A stretch of DNA of 64,000 nt from Candidatus Poribacteria bacterium (GTDB lineage Bacteria > Poribacteria > WGA-4E > UBA9662). Position numbers and translations under genes: made by a program. This document shows, piece by piece, positions 56,877-64,000 of the stretch; the stretch's first letter is position 1, and every line of letters begins with the position of its first letter. The notes below the pieces were generated by a model. It worked only from the letters and a program-made list of their open reading frames with translations. It searched no databases and was not told the DNA's origin. Location of the stretch: positions 1,411 through 65,410 of the forward strand of contig JASMLX010000012.1 of NCBI GenBank assembly GCA_030748495.1, written 5' to 3'.

Positions 56877-57737
56877 TCATCTCCTCTTGGCGGCGGGGCT
56901 GTGAGCAATAGGATTATCACCAATCCACCTCTCATCTGCCGGTTCGGATGCTGGCTGGTAACGTGTATCCAGCGTCAAGCGGATGCGACTGTCTGACGAT
57001 CTATTATCCAAGGAGCAATGCATGGTATGCATACTGAATATGAGCAAGTCTCCAACCTCAAAGTCAGTGGTTTGCCATTGGCCGCCAAATTGATTTTGGA
57101 CTTCGAGTGGATCTTGTGTATACCAACCACCAAACTTTTTATTGCTTCGCTCATCGTCAACGTCAATCGATCCATAGGTTGAGATTAATTCGCTGAACTG
57201 GTGAGATCCTTTTAAAACAGCTAAAGCTCCTCCAGATTTGGGTACATCTATCAGTGGAGTCCAGCTGGTATGCAATTTCTTAGATCCACGTCCCATGTAG
57301 ACCCAATCGAAATGACAACCTGTAGCAGCACCAATGCTGACCACTCTAACCCAAATGAAATCGAGGACTCGTGCAGGCTCTGCAAAAAATTGATCGTAGA
57401 AAGCCATCATTTCACCACCTTGTGTTAAGGCGCGAACCGCATCCCCTTCTCGAAAACTTTTTGTATTTACCTCTGATTTCAGGCTTAGATCCACACCTTC
57501 ACGCTCCAGGTAGTCGTCATCAACTGAACCATTACGTTCCATCTTAACCAACAGTTCATTCCGTGCAGCACGAACCTTGTTTTTGTCGAGGAACCCACGT
57601 AGAAGTAAGTATCCGTCCTCGGCTACACGTTGCCTCAAAGCGTCTGGGTTGGTTAACAGATCATTTGATGATCTCAGTTCCCCAAACTTATCAGGTGACA
57701 AATCGAACTTATTCTTACATGATGTCCAGTGTTCCAT
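56877..57737 (-). CDS. Phytanoyl-CoA dioxygenase (PhyH) family Fe(II)/2-oxoglutarate oxygenase
   Basis: H.D ... H facial-triad spacing (HFDWVYMG ... HTMHCSLDN) and a PhyH-like N-terminus (GYLLLRGFL). Confidence 0.7.
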   Translation of the reverse strand: MEHWTSCKNKFDLSPDKFGELRSSNDLLTNPDALRQRVAEDGYLLLRGFLDKNKVRAARNELLVKMERNGSVDDDYLEREGVDLSLKSEVNTKSFREGDAVRALTQGGEMMAFYDQFFAEPARVLDFIWVRVVSIGAATGCHFDWVYMGRGSKKLHTSWTPLIDVPKSGGALAVLKGSHQFSELISTYGSIDVDDERSNKKFGGWYTQDPLEVQNQFGGQWQTTDFEVGDLLIFSMHTMHCSLDNRSSDSRIRLTLDTRYQPASEPADERWIGDNPIAHSPAAKRR

Positions 57738-57914
57738 AGTAACACCTTTCGATTTTATTCCGGAGATTTAGTAATTGAAACGATAAATATAAACATCATA
57801 ATATATCTAACTTAAATTGTAAAGGCCTTATCTAAATTGCGATTTTAGTTTTTTGTGATTTCAACTTGACTTGTGCTAAAGTTCGATCATCTTAGGTGAC
57901 AAGGCGAGAACGAA

Positions 57915-58283
57915 ATGTCGAGTACGAAGTTGGTTAATATCGGAGTCCGTTGTACGGATTTACAACAAAGTACTAAGTTTTAGCGGGATGCGCTAGGACG
58001 AGAAATCAGCCAGCAAGCAAACAACTGCTTTGATATCACTGATGAGTATTACAATTTCCTTGCCTTTCAACATAACGGACCGGCCTGACCTAAACACGTC
58101 AGTGGCATGTTGGACTACCTCCACATTGACGTTTGTGTTCCTGATCTCAAGACGGTAGTAGCCAAACGATATTTCACTATGGGGGATTTCAGGTCCTCTC
58201 AGACGGTCTAGGTGGAGCGGAGGTTTTTGATCTATATGACATTACCAGTTCAGACCAGCAATGATCAGGCCTTACACCCCTAA
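57915..58283 (+). pseudogene. Glyoxalase/VOC family pseudogene with three in-frame stops
   Basis: My own translation reads MSSTKLVNIGVRCTDLQQSTKF*RDALGREIS...FQHNGPA*PKHVSGMLDYLHIDVCVPDLKTVV...SSQTV*VERRFLIYMTLP. The VOC pattern (hIg..V.Dl..S..FYrD.LG ... H.af.V.D) is kept in a single frame, interrupted by TAG, TGA and TAG. Confidence 0.55.
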
Positions 58284-58354
58284 CCAACTAATTTTGGTTT
58301 TTTGAACCGGGGAATTAAATTAGAAGCGACCTAAAGTCTGATCGGTGATAGGAC

Positions 58355-58390
58355 ATAAAAAAGGGCTTGCCGTAGTTAGCAAGCCCTTTT
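58355..58390 (-). terminator. Rho-independent terminator of the glnII-glnB operon
   Basis: The minus-strand RNA reads GGGCUUGC-UAACUACG-GCAAGCCC followed by UUUUUUAU. It lies about 20 nt after the glnB stop. Confidence 0.75.
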
Positions 58391-58410
58391 ATTCTTACAG
58401 TTAATTGCGG

Positions 58411-58764
<354 letters not shown>

Positions 58765-58798
58765 TTAGTTTGAAAATCAAATCAGAACTATTATTATT

Positions 58799-59809
58799 CT
58801 AATATGCGAACTTTGTCGTCGTAATAATTACAGCTGCTATTTTGTAGGGATCCCCATTTGAAGCGGGCCTCCTATCCTCAAGACGGCCTTTCCAACCATC
58901 TTCGATGGTTCCAACTGGTATTCGTATGGAAGCACCTCTGTCGAACTCGCCATAAGAGAAAGTATCAATTGACTCGGTCTCATGCAAACCGGTTAATCTC
59001 TGGTCGTTATCTGCACCATACACAGCAATATGCTTCTGGATGTTTTCACTAAACACCTCACAAATGTTAGTAAAAACCGCTTTATCCCCACAACTCCTCA
59101 TCGTCCCATCAGAGAAGTTGGCGTGCATCCCAGAACCATTCCAGTCACCTTTGACCGGTTTTGGATGCCAATTAATAGCGACGCCGTGTTTCTCAGCATT
59201 TCTTTCTGCTAAATAACGAGCAATCCAAATTTGATCACCTGCTTGTTTTGCACCTTTAGCAAAGATTTGAAACTCCCATTGTCCTGTAGCTACCTCGGCA
59301 TTAATACCTTCAACATTGAGCCCCGCATCTAAGCATTGATCAAGATGTGACTCAACAATATCTCGTCCAAAATTATTTTTTGCACCGACACTACAATAGT
59401 ATGGACCTTGTGGGCCAGGGAACGCTCCTGCAGGGAAACCCAAGGGTAGATCAGTAGCAGGATTCCATAAAAAGTATTCTTGCTCGAAGCCAAACCAAAA
59501 GTCGTCATCATCGTCTTCAATCGTTGCTCGGCCATTAGATTCGTGTGGTGTTCCATCCGCATTCAACACCTCAGACATTACGAGGTAGCCGTTAACTCGA
59601 TCAGGATCAGGAAATATAGCAACAGGTTTCAGTAAACAATCAGATTCGTCCCCAGAGGCTTGCTCAGTTGAACTACCGTCGAATGCCCAACCCGGACAAT
59701 CCTCTAATTTACCAGAGAAATCTGTCTTAATAAGTGTCTTGCTCCGAAGACTTTGGGTTGGTTCATATCCATCTAACCAAATGTATTCTAATTTTGATTT
59801 TGTGCTCAT
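58799..59809 (-). CDS. glnII: Glutamine synthetase type II (eukaryote-like GSII)
   Basis: LEYIWLDG N-terminus, FGFEQEYF, GINAEVATGQWEFQ, NGSGMHANFS and DRRPASN.DPY motifs. The ~336 aa length fits GSII and not GSI. Confidence 0.85.
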   Translation of the reverse strand: MSTKSKLEYIWLDGYEPTQSLRSKTLIKTDFSGKLEDCPGWAFDGSSTEQASGDESDCLLKPVAIFPDPDRVNGYLVMSEVLNADGTPHESNGRATIEDDDDDFWFGFEQEYFLWNPATDLPLGFPAGAFPGPQGPYYCSVGAKNNFGRDIVESHLDQCLDAGLNVEGINAEVATGQWEFQIFAKGAKQAGDQIWIARYLAERNAEKHGVAINWHPKPVKGDWNGSGMHANFSDGTMRSCGDKAVFTNICEVFSENIQKHIAVYGADNDQRLTGLHETESIDTFSYGEFDRGASIRIPVGTIEDGWKGRLEDRRPASNGDPYKIAAVIITTTKFAY

Positions 59810-59887
59810 GTGCTGGTTTAGCTCTCCTCACGAAATTATAAAGTAACTCCAACGGATTAGACATACGGAATAATTCTCATCTTTACA

Positions 59888-59903
59888 AGCAATCGGCATG
59901 CCA
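59888..59903 (-). promoter_or_regulatory. Sigma-54 (-24/-12) promoter upstream of glnII
   Basis: The minus strand reads TGGCAT-GCCGA-TTGCT, about 80 nt upstream of the glnII ATG. Confidence 0.6.
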
Positions 59904-59995
59904 ATCTAAAGGTACAACTAAGTGCTAATTATAGCACGAATTAACAAAAAATGATAGTGAACAGCTACATTATTAAGCAAAAAAGGGCCCAAGAA

Positions 59996-60580
59996 TTAGG
60001 CAAGGGTAGGAAGGTCCCGTGTGAACCGGCTAGCTTCAGGCTCGATCTGGCCAGCGTATTTGTTCCCGACTTTGTTCCGATAAGGTGTCTGGGCTGAAGA
60101 AGACAGCTTTTGGAATGTAAAAGCACAAATACGATCACCTGGATAGAGTTTGACCGGCATTCGACCCAGATTCCCAAGTTCTAGCGTGGCGGTTCCAATC
60201 CAACCTGGATCGAATAACCCAGCCGTACTGTGAACGATAATTCCAATTCGAGCTAGGCTACTACGCCCCTCTAATCTCCCCATGATATCATCGTCTAGTT
60301 CCAACGTTTCACGAGTGGCGGCTAGGACAAAATCACCTGGTTGAATAGTGAAGGCCTCACTGTCTGGAATTTCGACCTTTCTCATCAATTCATTGATGTC
60401 AAAGCTAGATCTGAGGTCGATATGTGAGTATTTACTGTGTTCAAAAATCCGAAAAATGTTGCCTAACCGAAAATCGATGGAACAAGATCCTAGTTGCGTC
60501 TCTAAATCAGGTGCAGGTGAGATTTTGATTTTTCCATCTTCTAGGTAAGCCAGAATATCCTGATCTGATAACAGCATCAA
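59996..60580 (-). CDS. dcd: dCTP deaminase
   Basis: LSDQDIL..L..G.I.I.P, SIDFRLG, the HSTAG.FDPGW.G..TLEL.N pattern and ~194 aa length. Confidence 0.85.
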   Translation of the reverse strand: MMLLSDQDILAYLEDGKIKISPAPDLETQLGSCSIDFRLGNIFRIFEHSKYSHIDLRSSFDINELMRKVEIPDSEAFTIQPGDFVLAATRETLELDDDIMGRLEGRSSLARIGIIVHSTAGLFDPGWIGTATLELGNLGRMPVKLYPGDRICAFTFQKLSSSAQTPYRNKVGNKYAGQIEPEASRFTRDLPTLA

Positions 60581-60585
60581 CCTAC

Positions 60586-63500
60586 CTACTTTAGAATAAT
60601 CATCTTTTGTGTTAAGGTTTGAGTTTCAATTGGACTCTTCAGATCAAGAGTATAAAAGTAGACCCCACTAACGACTGACTCTCCGTACTCATTGTTCCCA
60701 TTCCAGTAGATGGCGCGTTCACGGCTCCTGTAGTGGCCTGCATACTGATGACCCAGGTCTATAGTTCTGATACATGCTCCTCGGCTATTGTAGATCTTAA
60801 GCATAACCTGGCTATCGGTTGCCAATTGGTAAGGAATCCAAGTTTCCGGGTTGAATGGATTGGGATAATTTTGCCACAAGGCGCTCTGTTGTGGAACACG
60901 ATAAGCAACCAAATTTGGCAATTTAATCAATCCATCTTGGATGTCCTCACCGGTTACTTGATATTCAATTGGTGGTACACGTAGTTCGGTCTGACCAACC
61001 TGGGCTTCAAGGTGCAATACGTCGTTAACCGCTATCGTCTGCTCCGGTTGGAAAAAAAGTTTGGTTGCCGTAAAAGCACCAGTCTGGTCAGTTTCACCTT
61101 GAATCTTATAAACAGGACTTACCGACTGTGTACGGTCGACCTCACCATCACTTGAAGAAATTCCGTTGCGAATAGTCACCTCAAAAGGCAGGATAATCGG
61201 TTGTTGATACTCATCAATCATTCGACCTTGAATTGCCAACAATGGTGTGCTGGTTTGAGGCAAAATCGCAGGGGCTGTGCCCAATTCTGCTCTCAGCGCA
61301 TCCGACCAACTCATACCACCGATTCGAACTTGGCTTTCACCTTTGGCCGTGATGATAAATGATTGCCCCCCCGTAATCAGAATATCACCGTCATCACCAG
61401 CAGCCGCAACCACCTTAAAGCGTCCTTGATCAGGTACAATGATCGCCGTTGCATTGTTCTTAATTCCATCTAACGCGAATAGATCGCTGACGCGGTTGAC
61501 CCGCTCAGTCTTTAATGGAATCCCGACATGGTTCAATCCTTTGCTGAGTTGGATTGAGGCAATCCCGTGATTGCCCAAGGATCTACCGCGTAACTCGAGT
61601 ACAACCGGTTCTTGCATGACAGTAATGATTCCGGTATCATCTTGGATCACCCGGTCAGCCTTACTATCGCGGCTAGATTCATTCAGGTAACTGTGCCAGA
61701 CGCCTTGCTGGTTATCATAAGTAATCAGCAGGTTAACTGCGTCTTGGCCCCCTAAAATCTGGTACAGATCGCCAACGGTTTTAAGTGTGGCTTCTTTACC
61801 GTTGACGGATGTCACAGAGAGCGGAATGTGGATCATCCCAATGCCCGGTGGAACCTTCAGTTTGAAAGGTGATAAGCCATAAAAATCAACTGGGATTTCC
61901 GCTGTCTGGACTTTACCTGATTGGTCAGAAACTACTAAGCGAACCAGACGCATTTGGCTGCTCAACATTACTTCTGGTGGAATACGAGCAAAAACAATAT
62001 AATCTGTGGTTATAATTTCTGGTTCTTCGTCATTGATCTGATCAGATGGATTACTCTCTTCATCATCGGTGTTAACAGCGGTCAAACCACCTACTGAAGC
62101 TATATTCTCATCCGACTCTAATTGGCGATATTCAAGAACCTCTATCGGTATCCAATTATGTTCGATGACCTCTGGATCTTCGGCATTCTCAATTCTTTCG
62201 CCAGAGATTGACAGGGCTGGTTCAACAGCAGAACTGGAAGAAAATTCTACGCTGAATCGATCACCGCTGTGCAAGCGAGTAGGCAAACTCACTCGGTTCA
62301 GTTGTAGTACCTCCTCGACGCTTATCGTTTTGTCAGACACTTGAGTGCTGACGTTACCGTAAGCATCGGTCAGTTCGACTGTCAGTTTAGTATTCAGTGC
62401 TCGATCACCACTTAGGAAAGTGTAACTAGCGCGATACTGGTTGGCGAACATACCTTGTGCCAGCGGCTCCTTGCCTGTGACACCAGCAATTTGGAATGTA
62501 CCAGAGGCGTTTTCTTCTCCTACCAAAGTAATCGACATTTTGTCGCCTACTTTGTATTTGCCAGTGCCACTTACGCTCAGTTTCTTAATCTCGGCAATGG
62601 TGTCGATATAGATTGGCAGTTCTGTCTCCTGGCTTGTTGCATTGCCCAAAGCATCGAACAAGGTGACCTTGATAGGCACGGCACTTGGAAGTCCATCCAC
62701 TTTGGTAGATATCCCCGAAGGAATTTGGTAAGGAATTGCCCAAACCTTATCGTTAGCATCTTCGTCACTATGTAGACCGTCGTTATATAGGTCACCAGTA
62801 TTAATTGGACTATCTATCGGGTCACCGATTCGGTAGGTCCCCCGCTTTGCAATATCAAAATCATCCCGTTGGATCACCTTAATGGTAACGATTTGACCGA
62901 TCTTGCTGATAACGCTTTCACCGCCATCATGAGTGGTTTTGATAATTGCCGGACCTTCTGCATCGAGTTTATAGGTAAATTCTTTGTATCTGACTTCGTC
63001 TCCAACGTTGATGGTTAGCCTTTTTTCTCCTGGTGGTTGGGGGCGAGAAATGATGTACTCCATCTGAATTTCGCCATTAGTAGATACATTGCCGAAGGCG
63101 ACATCTTCTACCAGTCCAATGCTAACCGAAATTGGAATACCGGCGGTATATCCACTACCGCTGATGTCAATTCTCGTCCCAACACTACCTTCCGTTGGTG
63201 AGATTGTAACCAGTGTGGGTGTAATCGAAATTGTGCCTTCAGCTACATTTGTGCCAGCGGATACTCTTACTTTCTGGGAACCCGCAGCTAGTGGGGGAAC
63301 GGCAACTGTGAAATCGTAGCTCCCATTAGCTGCGGTGGTAAATTCTTCTGCTTCAGTCACCACCACACCACCGATGGTGATAGTGGCTGTTTCGTTAGCG
63401 CTAAGCCCTTTGCCGGTGATGTTTAATTCATCTCCAGGTTTAAATTTCGCCCCATCGACAGGTGTGTCCAGGATGCCCAGGATAGTCAGGTTACCGGCGA

Positions 63501-64000
63501 TCGTTGGAACCGTGGTTGCGTCTTTGCTGACACTATCTGTTGCGGTAATAGTAACTGTTCCTCCTGGCAATTCCACCGGTACCATGAACGATGCACTAAA
63601 TCCACCTTGCTTATCTGTTTGGATTACCTCCGGTGTTGTTGTCAGTGTTGCCCCATCCAACGCAATTTGGATCGTATTCTCCGATCGATAGCTAAATCCA
63701 CTGAAGCTAACACTATCTCCTGGTTTAGCTCCATCTACTGATAGTTTCAATTCGGGCAAAATCTCAAATGTGGCAATCAGATTCTCAACAGCGGTGAACT
63801 TAACCTTGGCCTCTCCACCATCTACCGATGGCACTATAAAACTTACTTTTACCTTACCGTACGAGTCCGATAAAAGGCTATTGTCAGGTTGCAACGTTCC
63901 AACTTGGTCTGAAATAATCAAACCGTTCGCCAGACTTGTAATCGTAGTCTCTGTACCATTGGGTTGGGTCAAGGTTAAAAACCCGAGATTGGTACTGGCT
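60586..64000 (-). CDS. Giant Ig-like-repeat surface protein with T9SS-type (FlgD-Ig/Por_Secre_tail-like) C-terminal domain; 5' end outside window
   Basis: The frame stays open to position 64000. The N-terminal third has many ~90-100-aa beta-rich repeats (...G..V.ISG.G...). The C-terminal ~85 aa read LWQNYPNPFNPETWIPYQLA....V.LKIYN..G..IRT..LG...AG.Y.....A.YWNG.N..GE.V.SGVYFY.L........ KMIILK. Confidence 0.85.
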   Translation of the reverse strand, partial: ASTNLGFLTLTQPNGTETTITSLANGLIISDQVGTLQPDNSLLSDSYGKVKVSFIVPSVDGGEAKVKFTAVENLIATFEILPELKLSVDGAKPGDSVSFSGFSYRSENTIQIALDGATLTTTPEVIQTDKQGGFSASFMVPVELPGGTVTITATDSVSKDATTVPTIAGNLTILGILDTPVDGAKFKPGDELNITGKGLSANETATITIGGVVVTEAEEFTTAANGSYDFTVAVPPLAAGSQKVRVSAGTNVAEGTISITPTLVTISPTEGSVGTRIDISGSGYTAGIPISVSIGLVEDVAFGNVSTNGEIQMEYIISRPQPPGEKRLTINVGDEVRYKEFTYKLDAEGPAIIKTTHDGGESVISKIGQIVTIKVIQRDDFDIAKRGTYRIGDPIDSPINTGDLYNDGLHSDEDANDKVWAIPYQIPSGISTKVDGLPSAVPIKVTLFDALGNATSQETELPIYIDTIAEIKKLSVSGTGKYKVGDKMSITLVGEENASGTFQIAGVTGKEPLAQGMFANQYRASYTFLSGDRALNTKLTVELTDAYGNVSTQVSDKTISVEEVLQLNRVSLPTRLHSGDRFSVEFSSSSAVEPALSISGERIENAEDPEVIEHNWIPIEVLEYRQLESDENIASVGGLTAVNTDDEESNPSDQINDEEPEIITTDYIVFARIPPEVMLSSQMRLVRLVVSDQSGKVQTAEIPVDFYGLSPFKLKVPPGIGMIHIPLSVTSVNGKEATLKTVGDLYQILGGQDAVNLLITYDNQQGVWHSYLNESSRDSKADRVIQDDTGIITVMQEPVVLELRGRSLGNHGIASIQLSKGLNHVGIPLKTERVNRVSDLFALDGIKNNATAIIVPDQGRFKVVAAAGDDGDILITGGQSFIITAKGESQVRIGGMSWSDALRAELGTAPAILPQTSTPLLAIQGRMIDEYQQPIILPFEVTIRNGISSSDGEVDRTQSVSPVYKIQGETDQTGAFTATKLFFQPEQTIAVNDVLHLEAQVGQTELRVPPIEYQVTGEDIQDGLIKLPNLVAYRVPQQSALWQNYPNPFNPETWIPYQLATDSQVMLKIYNSRGACIRTIDLGHQYAGHYRSRERAIYWNGNNEYGESVVSGVYFYTLDLKSPIETQTLTQKMIILK

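Overview
Gene-dense 64-kb piece of a bacterial chromosome, roughly 40-47% GC in the lines I counted. I found no rRNA, tRNA or CRISPR array. All homology calls come from motif recognition in the supplied translations, with no database search, so they hold at family level only. Most of the window is housekeeping or envelope metabolism: FGE-domain lipoprotein, TPR proteins, aldo/keto reductase, DUF58, Pcm, SppA, M55 aminopeptidase, HpcH and Eda aldolases, Ser/Thr kinase, two CNNM/CorC paralogues, ROK kinase, YdjC/ChbG deacetylase, ABC exporter, L33, PurM, PBP1C, HisG, TauE, an MqnC/MqnE-type radical-SAM enzyme, PhyH dioxygenase and Dcd. Two nitrogen-assimilation loci, amt plus porin and glnII plus glnB, each sit behind the same sigma-54 type element TGGCAT-N5-TTGCT. 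The stand-out content is two tandem arrays of small Sec-exported paralogues. One is at 3.6-6.5 kb on the minus strand: three genes holding four copies of an unrecognised ~190-aa module. The other is at 25.0-30.6 kb on the plus strand: six LamG-type jelly-roll genes arranged as three tandem pairs. The two families have unrelated bodies, yet all nine proteins end in the same extreme C-terminal tail, KL[AT]TTW[GAS]xIK, which I could not assign to any sorting signal I know. Two of the LamG genes also share a conserved ~165-nt upstream leader. A decay zone at 49.7-53.5 kb holds an integron-integrase-like tyrosine recombinase pseudogene, a GC-rich patch, and a TPR-glycosyltransferase gene broken by indels in and just next to near-identical 102-bp repeats. 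Unusual domain fusions are a nucleotidyltransferase-LbH-DUF89 protein, an SppA with a ~290-aa beta-rich N-terminal extension, and an orphan FliG-like protein. A giant Ig-repeat protein with a T9SS-type C-terminal domain runs off the right edge.
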